From Acidobacteriota bacterium (GTDB lineage: Bacteria; Acidobacteriota; Vicinamibacteria; Vicinamibacterales; UBA2999): DNA of 64,000 nt. Below the pieces are notes generated by a model that searched no databases, had not been told where the DNA came from, and saw only the letters and a list, made by a program, of their open reading frames with translations. Numbering within the stretch: position 1 is the stretch's first letter; every line of letters begins with the position of its first letter. This document shows positions 8,965-17,160 of the stretch, piece by piece. The stretch lies in NCBI GenBank assembly GCA_016184455.1, contig JACPCS010000102.1, positions 11,962-75,961 of the forward strand, in the 5' to 3' direction. The translations under genes and the position numbers were made by a program.

Positions 8965-10800
8965 CTACCTGAGGCCGGCCAGGACCTCGAGCGCGGCGGC
9001 GATCCGCCCGGACGGAGCCGCCACGTGCACGCCCTGGACGGCCCCGCGCAGCGCGCGACCGACGTCGCGCGCAATGGCAATCCCTTCGGCGGCCGCCGTG
9101 TCGCCGTCGACCCGCCGCATCCGCTCGAGCACCGCCTCGGGCACCCGCACGCCCGGCACCTCGTTGGCCATGAACTCGGCATTCAGCGCACTCTCGAACG
9201 GCCACAGGCCGAGGACGAGCGGAACGTCGGCCGCCGCGATCCGCCGGTAAAACCGCTCGAAGGTGGCCACGTCGAACACGGGTTTCGTGATGGCGAACTC
9301 GGCCCCCGCCTCGACCTTGTACTCGAACCGGCGGACCTCGGCGTCGAGGTCCTCCGCGCCGGGATTGACCTGCACGCCGACGTGAAACGCCGTCGGCCCG
9401 CCGATCGCCTGTCCACCGATGTCGAGGCCGCGATTCAGGCGCGCGACGACGTTGGTCAGACCGATGGAATCGACGTCGAAGACGGCGGTCGCATCCGGAT
9501 AATCGCCCACGGACCGGACGTCGCCGGTGACGATCATCAGGTTTCGCACGCCCATCGCGTGCGCGCCGAGCAGGTCCGACTGCATGCCGAGCAGGTTGCG
9601 GTCGCGGCACGAGTACTGGAGCACCGTTTCGACGCACGCTCGCTGCTGGACGAGCACCGCCAGCGAGAGGGCGCTCATCCGCGCGCCGCGGTGCCCGTCG
9701 GGGATGAGCACCACGTCGACGCCGTGCTGCTTCAGCGCGCGCGCCTGATCGACGATCCCGTCGCTGTCGAATCCCTTGGGCGGCGTCAGCGGGACCATCG
9801 TCGCAAACCGTCCCTCGGCGAGCGCGCGCGCCAGATGCGAGCGCTCCACCTTCGGGATCATCGGCACGCCGGGATCGGCCACCTGGACCTCGAGATCGCG
9901 GCGCGCCGGCGCCGCCGCACGGGCCACCTCCGGCGCGTACTTCTTCACGGCAATCTTGATCTGGCGGATGTGCTCGGGCGTCGTCCCGCAGCAGCCGCCC
10001 ACCAGGCGCACGCCCTGGTTCATGAACCGCCGCGCGTACGACGCCATGTATTCCGGCGACGACAGATAGATGTTGCGCCCCTCGATATCGCGCGGCCGGC
10101 CGGCGTTCGGCTGTGCCGAGAACCGCGCGCGCGTCACCGCCGCCATCCGTTCGATCGTTTCGAGCATCGGCGCCGGCCCGATGCTGCAGTTCACGCCGAC
10201 GAGGTCGGCCTCGGACGCGAGCGCCGGCGCGAACTGCTCGGGCGGCGCGCCGTCGAGCGTGTTGCCGTCCTCCTCGATCGTCATCTGCGCCACGACCGGC
10301 AGCCGGCACACGCTGCGGATCGCGGCGATCGCGGCACGGAGCTCGTTGACGTCCCGGAATGTCTCGAGGACGAAGAGGTCGACGCCGCCGGCGAGGAGCG
10401 CCTCGGCCTGCTCGCGGACGAACGCCTCCGCCTCGTCGGTGCCCGTCTTGCCCCACGGCTCGATGCGGATGCCGAGCGGCCCGATCGCACCCGCGACGTA
10501 CACGTCGCCTCCGGCAACGGCCCGCGCGAGCCGCGCCCCTTCCATGTTGATCTCACGGAGTCGATCGGCGAGGCCGAAGCCGCGCAGCTTCACCCGGTTG
10601 GCTCCGAACGTGTTCGTCTCGATCACGTCCGCGCCCGCGCGGACGTACTCCTGGTGCACCTCGGCCACGCGGCCAGGATCGGTCAGGTTGAGCGCATCGA
10701 AGCACCGGTTGATGAAGACGCCCTTCGCATAGAGCATCGTCCCCATCGCCCCATCGCAGACGAGCACACGTTCGTCGATCGCGTCCAGAAACGGCTTCAT
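8965..10800 (-). CDS. bifunctional homocysteine S-methyltransferase / methylenetetrahydrofolate reductase (YitJ-like fusion)
   Basis: The N-terminal Hcy-binding domain reads VLVCDGAMGTMLY...ETNTFGAN...GGCCGTTPEHI. The C-terminal MTHFR-like half reads LQYSCRDRNLLGMQSDLLGA...MIVTGD...FEYKVEAGAEFAITKPVFD. Confidence 0.8.
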   Translation of the reverse strand: MKPFLDAIDERVLVCDGAMGTMLYAKGVFINRCFDALNLTDPGRVAEVHQEYVRAGADVIETNTFGANRVKLRGFGLADRLREINMEGARLARAVAGGDVYVAGAIGPLGIRIEPWGKTGTDEAEAFVREQAEALLAGGVDLFVLETFRDVNELRAAIAAIRSVCRLPVVAQMTIEEDGNTLDGAPPEQFAPALASEADLVGVNCSIGPAPMLETIERMAAVTRARFSAQPNAGRPRDIEGRNIYLSSPEYMASYARRFMNQGVRLVGGCCGTTPEHIRQIKIAVKKYAPEVARAAAPARRDLEVQVADPGVPMIPKVERSHLARALAEGRFATMVPLTPPKGFDSDGIVDQARALKQHGVDVVLIPDGHRGARMSALSLAVLVQQRACVETVLQYSCRDRNLLGMQSDLLGAHAMGVRNLMIVTGDVRSVGDYPDATAVFDVDSIGLTNVVARLNRGLDIGGQAIGGPTAFHVGVQVNPGAEDLDAEVRRFEYKVEAGAEFAITKPVFDVATFERFYRRIAAADVPLVLGLWPFESALNAEFMANEVPGVRVPEAVLERMRRVDGDTAAAEGIAIARDVGRALRGAVQGVHVAAPSGRIAAALEVLAGLR

Positions 10801-10889
10801 CGGATATCTGATTATCTCATTCGAGCGCGCGCGAGCGCCGCGAAGCGGCCGTGGATGTCGGCGACGGCGCCGATCAGCACATCAGAGGA

Positions 10890-11342
10890 TTACGACGTGG
10901 ACAGCGCGGCGGGCAGCTTCGCCTCGGACGGCGGCGGCACGAGCAGATCGTCCTTGTCCCAGATGAAGTCGTCCTTGCTGTAGACGGCGAGCTCGTAGTC
11001 CTTCCCCATGAAGATCGCCGACACGGGACAGGCCTCTTCGCAGTAGCCGCAGAAGATGCAGCGCATCTTGTGGATCTGGTAGACCTTCGCGTAGCGCGGC
11101 CCCGCGAGCACGGTGCCGTCGTTCTCGGCCGCCTCGAGGTAGATCGCGTCGGCCGGACACGCCACCGAGCAGAGGCCGCACGCGACGCACTTCTCGAGGC
11201 CGTTCTCGTCGCGCATGAGCACCTGCTTGCCGCGGTACTTCGGGAACATCGGCACCTTCTCGTCGGGATAGTTCACCGCGATCTTCTTCTTGAACATGTG
11301 CCGGAAGGTGATGGCCAGCCCGACGAGAAACGGTCGAATCAT
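10890..11342 (-). CDS. nuoI: NADH-quinone oxidoreductase subunit I (2x[4Fe-4S] ferredoxin-type)
   Basis: The last 150 codons of ORF 10890..12158, starting at the ATG at 11342, read MIRPFLVGLAITFRHMFKKK...CVACGLCSVACP...CIFCGYCEEACP. The upstream part of the ORF is Arg-rich antisense of the lytS-like gene. Confidence 0.85.
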   Translation of the reverse strand: MIRPFLVGLAITFRHMFKKKIAVNYPDEKVPMFPKYRGKQVLMRDENGLEKCVACGLCSVACPADAIYLEAAENDGTVLAGPRYAKVYQIHKMRCIFCGYCEEACPVSAIFMGKDYELAVYSKDDFIWDKDDLLVPPPSEAKLPAALSTS

Positions 11343-11356
11343 ACGAGGATCATAAA

Positions 11357-11386
11357 CCACCAACCACCAACCACCATCCACCAACC
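11357..11386. repeat. CCACCAA heptamer tandem array (4 units) in a 51-bp divergent intergenic gap
   Basis: ccaccaa ccaccaa ccaccat ccaccaa cc lies between the nuoI start (11342) and the kinase start (11394). Confidence 0.9.
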
Positions 11387-11393
11387 GGTTACA

Positions 11394-12725
11394 ATGGCTG
11401 CCGTGTTCGAGGAGCCGTACGTTCTCCCGGCCGACCGCTTCCTGCTCACCACGCTCATCGTCAAGCTCGCCGTCATGGCCGTGCTGGCGACGATGCTGGC
11501 GCGGTTCCGGCAGTTCCGGCACATTCTGATCTTCGAGCGCCGCGGGTGGAGTGACCGGCTCACCTTCGCGCTGGCGATCGGCCTGCCGCTGATGGCGGGC
11601 GTCGCCGCGCGGCTGCTCCTCAACTACAACGCCGCCGACCTGACGCTCGAAGGCGCGCTGCTCGCGGGCCTCATCGCGGGGCCGTACGCGGGCGCCATTG
11701 TCGGGCTGCTCGCCGCGCTGCCGGCGCTCGCCGCGGGCGAGATCATTGCGCTCCCCTTCGCCGTCGGCTGCGGGTTCGCCGGCGGCGGCCTCCGCGAGGT
11801 GTGTCCGAAGGAGGCGATCTGGCAGTTCACGCCGTTCATCTTCGTCGACCTGCGGCGCCACGTCTGGCACGCCGTGCGGCGCCTCGAGCCGAACTGGCAG
11901 CTCGTACTGCTGGCCGCGCCGGTGGCGCTGGAGCTGCTCCGCCAGGCGCTCGGCCTCCGGTTCGGGGCGCACCGGCTCTTCTATCTGGATCCGGAGTCGC
12001 CGTGGATGACGGCGCTCGTCGTGCTGGCGACGGTGCTGGCCGTGGCGACGCCCATCAAGATCTGGAACAGCGCCCGGATCGAACACCGCCTCCAGGAGCA
12101 GGAAAAGCTCCTGATGGAAGCGAAGATCGAGGCGTTGAAAAGCCAGATCAATCCGCACTTCCTGTTCAACACGCTGACATCGATCTCGTCACTCATCCGC
12201 TCGCAGCCGGACACGGCACGGACGCTCATCATCAAGCTTTCAGGACTCCTGCGGCGCCTGATTCGCAGCCATCAGCACTTCGTGACCTTGCGCGAGGAGC
12301 TCGACGCCATCGACGAGTACCTCGACATCGAGGTCGTTCGATTCGGCTCGAAGCTGCAGGTCCGCAAGGAAATCAGCCCCGATACGCTGGAGGTGATCGT
12401 CCCCAGCATGATCCTGCAGCCGATCGTGGAAAACTCGATCAAGCACGGCCTGGCGCGGAAGGTCGGCGACGGATCGATCGTCATCCGCAGCTGGCGCGAG
12501 CAGGGACGCGCTGTGATCGAAATCGAAGATGACGGTGTCGGGTTCAGGGCCGACCGGCTCGACGATCGGCCGGCCGAAGGCATCGGACTGGCGAACGTGC
12601 GCGAGCGGCTGCGCGTGATCTACGGCGCCGCCTTCCAGCTCACGCTGCAGAGCGAGCTGGGCGTCGGCACGCGCGCCCGCATCGAGATTCCGGAGCTGCT
12701 CGCGGCGGACCAGATCACGGCATGA
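11394..12725 (+). CDS. LytS/YehU-family sensor histidine kinase
   Basis: The ATG is at 11394. A multi-TM N-terminal domain is followed by QINPHFLFNTL (His_kinase) and an HATPase_c region (ILQPIVENSIKHG...DDGVGF...GIGLANVRERL). Confidence 0.85.
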   Translation: MAAVFEEPYVLPADRFLLTTLIVKLAVMAVLATMLARFRQFRHILIFERRGWSDRLTFALAIGLPLMAGVAARLLLNYNAADLTLEGALLAGLIAGPYAGAIVGLLAALPALAAGEIIALPFAVGCGFAGGGLREVCPKEAIWQFTPFIFVDLRRHVWHAVRRLEPNWQLVLLAAPVALELLRQALGLRFGAHRLFYLDPESPWMTALVVLATVLAVATPIKIWNSARIEHRLQEQEKLLMEAKIEALKSQINPHFLFNTLTSISSLIRSQPDTARTLIIKLSGLLRRLIRSHQHFVTLREELDAIDEYLDIEVVRFGSKLQVRKEISPDTLEVIVPSMILQPIVENSIKHGLARKVGDGSIVIRSWREQGRAVIEIEDDGVGFRADRLDDRPAEGIGLANVRERLRVIYGAAFQLTLQSELGVGTRARIEIPELLAADQITA

Positions 12726-13504
12726 GCGATCCGCTCCGCGTGATGGTCGTCGACGACGAGCAGCTCGCACGCGACGAGCTCTGCTACCAGCTCGAGCGGC
12801 TGGTCGACGTGCAGGTCGTGGCCCAGGCGGGCAATGGCTTCGAGGCGCTGGCGGCCGCCGACCGCGTCGATCCGGACCTCGTGTTTCTCGATATCCAGAT
12901 GCCAGGCCTGAGCGGCTTCGAGGTGGCGCGGCGGCTGCTCGATCGCGAAAGTGATGGTCCGGCGGTCGTGTTCGTCACCGCGTTCGACCAGCACGCCATC
13001 GAGGCGTTCGAGGTGAACGCGGTCGACTACCTCCTCAAACCGGTCGAGGTCGGCCGCCTCGAACAGGCGCTCTCCCGCGTCCGGCGCCGGCTGAGCTCGA
13101 AACGGCCGCGGCCACTCAACGACCAGCTCGAGCGTATCGTCAAAATTATGGCGACCCGCCAGGTTCGGCGCGACCAGGTGGCGCTCAAGGTGGGGGAACG
13201 GTTCCTGCTGGTCCAGGCCGACGACATCATCTATGCCTCTCTGGCCGACGAGTCGATTAACATAGTGACAGCCCAGGTGTCGGGGACGTCGAACTACCGG
13301 ACCCTCGATGAACTGCAGGCGCGCCTCGACCCGGAGGTCTTCTGGCGCGTCCATCGGTCGCACCTGGTCAACATCAATAAAATCAAGGAGATAGTCCCTT
13401 GGTTCAGCAGGAACTACATCCTCCGGATGAAGGACGCGAAGAGCACGGAGATCCCGGTCAGCCGGGCGCAGACCAGGCGACTTCGGGAATACCTGAAGCT
13501 CTGA
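12722..13504 (+). CDS. LytTR-family response regulator
   Basis: The start overlaps the kinase stop as ATGA. The receiver reads VMVVDDEQLARDEL...DLVFLDIQMPGLSGFE, and a LytTR DNA-binding C-terminus follows (...FWRVHRSHLVNINKIKEI). Confidence 0.85.
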   Translation: MSDPLRVMVVDDEQLARDELCYQLERLVDVQVVAQAGNGFEALAAADRVDPDLVFLDIQMPGLSGFEVARRLLDRESDGPAVVFVTAFDQHAIEAFEVNAVDYLLKPVEVGRLEQALSRVRRRLSSKRPRPLNDQLERIVKIMATRQVRRDQVALKVGERFLLVQADDIIYASLADESINIVTAQVSGTSNYRTLDELQARLDPEVFWRVHRSHLVNINKIKEIVPWFSRNYILRMKDAKSTEIPVSRAQTRRLREYLKL

Positions 13505-13554
13505 CGCACCTGCCGGAGGGGGCGAGTGAGGCGGGGCTCGATTCGCCTTATACG

Positions 13555-14166
13555 ATGGAACCCGCGGTGGCCATAGTGGCGGATGGAGCCGCGACGTCCG
13601 ACCTGCGCCTGACGATCGACGATCGCCGGGCCGCCATCATCCGCCGGCTCACCATCTGGCGCGACGAGGGGGTGGCGTGGGTCAAGACGCTCGCTTCGGC
13701 GGCCGTGTACGCGACGCTCATCGTCACGTTCGGCTTCCAGGTAGCGCGCGTCGAGGGCCAGAGCATGGCGCCGACGCTGGCGGATCAGGATCGGCTCATC
13801 GTCAACAAGCTGGCGTACCGGATGGGCGAGCCGCGGCGCGGCGACATCGTCATGCTCTACTACCCGCTCAACCCGGACAAGTCATTCGTCAAGCGCGTGA
13901 TCGCCGAGGAAGGCGACCAGGTGCGCATCGTCGACGGCCGCGTGTTCGTCAACGACGTGCCGATGAACGATGACTTCGTGCCGCCCGAGTACCGCAGCCA
14001 CGACGACTTCGGACCGTCGGTCGTGCCCGAAGGGTACTACTTCGTGATGGGCGACCACCGGAACAACAGCTCCGACAGCCGCCACTGGGGATTCGTGCCG
14101 AAGAAGTACATCATCGGCAAGGTGCAGCTGCGCTGGTGGCCGATCCCGAACGCGCACGTTTTCTGA
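13555..14166 (+). CDS. lepB: signal peptidase I
   Basis: Catalytic boxes GQSMAPTL, FVKRVIA and GDHRNNSSDSR are present. The ATG at 13555 follows the upstream stop; the ORF track start at 13399 overlaps the regulator. Confidence 0.85.
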   Translation: MEPAVAIVADGAATSDLRLTIDDRRAAIIRRLTIWRDEGVAWVKTLASAAVYATLIVTFGFQVARVEGQSMAPTLADQDRLIVNKLAYRMGEPRRGDIVMLYYPLNPDKSFVKRVIAEEGDQVRIVDGRVFVNDVPMNDDFVPPEYRSHDDFGPSVVPEGYYFVMGDHRNNSSDSRHWGFVPKKYIIGKVQLRWWPIPNAHVF

Positions 14167-15371
14167 GCGACAGATACAGCCAAGTCGTTCGGATCCTCTA
14201 CCGCGTCCTCGTCCTCAACCTCGCGGTCGCGCTCGTCAAGATCGGCCTCGGCTACACCACCGGGGCCGTGTCGATTCTCTCCGAAGGCTTCCACTCGCTG
14301 ACCGACTCCGCCTCCAACGTCGTCGCGCTCGTGGGCGTGTCGGTGGCGCGCCGGCCGCCGGACGAGGATCACCCCTACGGCCATCGCAAGTACGAGACGA
14401 TGGCCTCGCTCGGCATCCTCATCTTTCTGGTCGTCGTCCTCGTGCAGGTGCTGACGGCGGCGTACGACCGCCTGGTGAACGGCGGCCTGCCGCGCGTCTT
14501 TCCCGAGGGGATCGGCGTGATGGCGGCGACGCTCGTCGTCAACCTGTTCGTGGTCCGGTACGAGCTGCGTGAAGCCCGGCGCCTGAACAGCGAGGTGCTG
14601 CACGCCGACGCCATGCACACGCGCAGCGACGTGCTCACGTCCGGGACCGTGCTCGCGGCGCTGGTAGGCGTCTGGATCGGATACGGCTGGCTCGACGCGG
14701 TCGCGGCGCTCGTCGTTGCGGTGTTCATCGGACGCGCCGGGTGGCACATCGCGCACGAGGCGTCGCAGATTCTCAGCGACCAGATCGTCATCGCCGAAGA
14801 CGACGTGCGGGCCGTCGTTGGATCCGTGCCGGAGGTCCTCGGCTGCCACCGGATCCGGACGCGCGGCCCGACCGACCATGTCTTCATGGACCTGCACATC
14901 TGGCTCGACGGCCGAACGCCGCTCGAGGCGGCGCATGCGACGTCGCACGCCGTGAAGGACCGGCTGATGAAGCGCTTCCCCCATCTCGCCGACGTCGTCA
15001 TCCATATCGAGCCGCCGCCGGGTCCCGGTACCTCGTTTGCTCACCAGGGTCACATGGCTAGCCCTGACCTCGTCCAGCATGAGTCGATCGGGAGCCTGCT
15101 GCGCGGCGTCTTTGCCGACGCGCGCGGATCTCGAGCGCAAGCTGTCGCGCCTGACCGAGCGCGCCCGCGACATGAGTCCGCGGCGGTACGCACGCCGGCT
15201 GGTGCCGGAGTACTTCTGGGAGCGCGTGATCGGCAGCACGCTCTTCGTCGCCGGCAGCGTGATGGCCTGGCGGCGCCGTCCCCGCCGCATGCGGGCGTAG
15301 AAAACGGGGTCGGAGGTCATTTAAAGAGGACACCGCCGATGGTGTCGTTCGGCGGTGTCCTCTTTAAATGA
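14136..15371 (+). CDS. cation diffusion facilitator family transporter with a long low-complexity C-terminal extension
   Basis: The CDF motifs HSLTDSASN and HADAMHTRSD and a C-terminal domain ending ...VVIHIEPPP are present. The frame stays open about 110 more codons into the hairpin element, so the true C-terminus is uncertain. Confidence 0.75.
   Translation: MADPERARFLSDRYSQVVRILYRVLVLNLAVALVKIGLGYTTGAVSILSEGFHSLTDSASNVVALVGVSVARRPPDEDHPYGHRKYETMASLGILIFLVVVLVQVLTAAYDRLVNGGLPRVFPEGIGVMAATLVVNLFVVRYELREARRLNSEVLHADAMHTRSDVLTSGTVLAALVGVWIGYGWLDAVAALVVAVFIGRAGWHIAHEASQILSDQIVIAEDDVRAVVGSVPEVLGCHRIRTRGPTDHVFMDLHIWLDGRTPLEAAHATSHAVKDRLMKRFPHLADVVIHIEPPPGPGTSFAHQGHMASPDLVQHESIGSLLRGVFADARGSRAQAVAPDRARPRHESAAVRTPAGAGVLLGARDRQHALRRRQRDGLAAPSPPHAGVENGVGGHLKRTPPMVSFGGVLFK
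15079..15300 (+). CDS. possible small membrane protein overlapping the CDF tail in another frame
   Basis: From the ATG at 15079: MSRSGA...ADLERKLSRLTERARDMSPRRYARRLVPEYFWERVIGSTLFVAGSVMAWRRRPRRMRA. It has one TM helix and G/C-rich third positions, and its TAG stop abuts the hairpin element. Confidence 0.25.
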   Translation: MSRSGACCAASLPTRADLERKLSRLTERARDMSPRRYARRLVPEYFWERVIGSTLFVAGSVMAWRRRPRRMRA

Positions 15372-15388
15372 CCTCCGACCCCGTTTTC
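15300..15388. repeat. perfect ~38-40-bp-stem palindromic element, copy 1 (core GGGGTCGGAGGTCATTT)
   Basis: gaaaacggggtcggaggtcatttaaagaggacaccgcc / ggcggtgtcctctttaaatgacctccgaccccgttttc. The arms are exactly complementary and the loop is 9-13 nt. It is related to 34960..35048. Confidence 0.95.
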
Positions 15389-15410
15389 GGCCCATATACT
15401 ACCGCCGGGT

Positions 15411-16640
15411 GTGGTGACTATCCGCCTGATCCTCCCGGTTCTCCTCGCGCTCAACGGAGCCGCACTCCACGCCGAAGACTGGCCTCAGTTCCGCGGCCCC
15501 ACGGGGCAGGGACATTCGGCCGAGCGCGGACTGCCCCTCGAGTGGAGCGAGTCGCGAAGCGTGCGATGGAAGGTGCCCGTCGCCGGCCGCGGCTGGTCGT
15601 CTCCCGTGGTCGCCGGCGGACGCGTCTGGCTGACGACCGCGGTGACAGGACGCGACGGTGCGTCGCTGCGCGTGCTCGCCTACGAGGTCGACACAGGACG
15701 CGAAGCGGTCAACGTCGAGCTGTTCGGCCTGAGGAACGCGGCCCTGCTGAATGCCAAGAACAGCCACGCTTCTCCCACACCGATCGTCGATGGTGATCGG
15801 GTCTACGTCCACTTCGGGGCCGAAGGGACGGCGGCGATCACCACCGCCGGCGAGATCGTCTGGAAGGCGCGCGTGCCCTACACCAACCAGCACGGCACTG
15901 GCGGATCGCCGGTGCTCTACGACGATCTGCTGATCTTCAACTGCGACGGCTGGGACGCGGCGTTTGTCATCGCGCTCGACGCACGCACCGGCACGACCCG
16001 GTGGAAGACGAACCGGCGCTCCCCTGCGGATCAGGCGTACACGACGCCGCTGGTCATTCGCGTCGGCGAGCGCGATCAGTTGATCAGCGTCGGCGCGTAC
16101 CGCGCCGCCGCCTACGAGCCACGGACGGGGCGTGAAATCTGGCGCGTGTCGTACCGCGACGGCTTCTCGAACGTACCTCGTCCCGTGTTCGGCGGCGGCC
16201 TCGTCTACATCGCCACCGGATTTCAGCAGCCGTCGCTCATCGCCGTCCGCGCGGACGGCACGGGCGACGTGACGCGGACGCACCTGGTCTGGACGCAGCA
16301 GCGGGCGGCGCCGTTCACGCCGTCGCCCCTGCTCGTCGGCGATGTGCTCTACACCGTGAGCGACATCGGCATCGCCGCCGCCCTCGACGCCAGGACCGGC
16401 GTGCCGCATTGGCTGCAGCGGCTCGGCGGCAACTATTCCGCGTCGCCGGTCTTGGCCGACGGGCGCGTCCACTTTCAGAGCGAAGAAGGGATCACGACCG
16501 TGATCGCGCCGGGCACAGAGTTCCGAGTGCTCGCGAGAAACCAGCTGGATGGCGCGATGCTCGCCTCGATGGCCGTGTCAGGCGGGTCGATTTTCATCCG
16601 GACCGACACGCACGTGTACCGCCTCAGCGCGTCGCCCTAG
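15411..16640 (+). CDS. secreted PQQ-like (BamB-type) beta-propeller repeat protein
   Basis: A signal peptide is followed by [12 protein letters not shown] and repeated propeller blades (W......SSPVV.GGRV...). Confidence 0.7.
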   Translation: MVTIRLILPVLLALNGAALHAEDWPQFRGPTGQGHSAERGLPLEWSESRSVRWKVPVAGRGWSSPVVAGGRVWLTTAVTGRDGASLRVLAYEVDTGREAVNVELFGLRNAALLNAKNSHASPTPIVDGDRVYVHFGAEGTAAITTAGEIVWKARVPYTNQHGTGGSPVLYDDLLIFNCDGWDAAFVIALDARTGTTRWKTNRRSPADQAYTTPLVIRVGERDQLISVGAYRAAAYEPRTGREIWRVSYRDGFSNVPRPVFGGGLVYIATGFQQPSLIAVRADGTGDVTRTHLVWTQQRAAPFTPSPLLVGDVLYTVSDIGIAAALDARTGVPHWLQRLGGNYSASPVLADGRVHFQSEEGITTVIAPGTEFRVLARNQLDGAMLASMAVSGGSIFIRTDTHVYRLSASP

Positions 16641-17157
16641 CCTTGCGCCGGTAGACGCCGGAGCGGCCACCTCGCTTTTCCACCAGGAAGATGTCGCCGA
16701 TGACCATCGCCTTGTCGACCGCCTTGACCATGTCGTAGACGGTGAGCGCCGCCACGGCCACGGCGACGAGCGCCTCCATTTCGACGCCGGTCTGCGCGTT
16801 GGTGCGGACGCGCGACTCGATCCGATAGCCCCGACGCGCCGGCGTCAGCTCCACGGAGACGTGCGTGAGCGGGAGCGGGTGACACAACGGGATGATGGCA
16901 GAGGTCTGCTTGGCGGCCATGATTCCGGCGAGCCGTGCCGCCTGCAGCGGATCGCCTTTGGCGACCTCGCCACGGCGGATCAGCCGCAGCGCGTCGGACG
17001 TCATCGTGATCTCGCCGCGCGCGATCGCCTCTCGCGTCGTGACCGGCTTGTCGCCCACGTCGACCATCTTGACGCGCCCGCGGCGGTCGACGTGCGACAG
17101 TGCCCCAGGCACTCTAGGCACTCTGGGCACCTTAGGCACCCTGGGCACCCGAGGCAC
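16624..17157 (-). CDS. moaC: cyclic pyranopterin monophosphate synthase MoaC with a (PRV)n N-terminal extension
   Basis: [25 protein letters not shown]...[13 protein letters not shown]...[21 protein letters not shown]. The GTG at 17157 is preceded by GGAGGAAG. There are six in-frame GTG codons inside the 9-bp array. Confidence 0.85.
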   Translation of the reverse strand: MPRVPRVPKVPRVPRVPGALSHVDRRGRVKMVDVGDKPVTTREAIARGEITMTSDALRLIRRGEVAKGDPLQAARLAGIMAAKQTSAIIPLCHPLPLTHVSVELTPARRGYRIESRVRTNAQTGVEMEALVAVAVAALTVYDMVKAVDKAMVIGDIFLVEKRGGRSGVYRRKARATR

Positions 17158-17160
17158 CTT
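17107..17160. repeat. 9-bp tandem array RGGCACYYK x6 spanning the rex stop and the moaC start
   Basis: Units start at 17107, 17116, 17125, 17134, 17143 and 17152. The rex TAA is at 17132-17134 and the moaC GTG at 17155-17157. Confidence 0.9.

Noticed and set aside
8188-10983. A very long plus-strand ORF (931 aa). Similar long ORFs lie antisense to real genes: 1370..2665, 6365..7744, 26647..28620, 41938..43590, 43467..45074, 46841..48745, 54674..56671, 14037..15320(-), 15399..16472(-), 34814..36052(-) and 57217..58578(-).
   Set aside because: Their translations are Arg/Ala/Gly/Pro/His-rich with no recognisable motifs. Each lies opposite a gene with clear family signatures. These are the open shadow frames typical of ~68% GC DNA.
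10890-12158. A 422-aa minus ORF that appears to extend nuoI far upstream.
   Set aside because: Only the last 150 codons (from the ATG at 11342) are NuoI-like. The upstream part is antisense to the LytS-like kinase and reads as low-complexity Arg/Glu sequence.
17107-17160. CRISPR-like arrays: this repeat and the repeats at 11357, 29310, 30165, 38039, 43186, 52829 and 55362.
   Set aside because: The units are only 7-9 bp and directly abut one another, with no unique spacers and no cas genes. They are short tandem or inverted arrays, not CRISPR.
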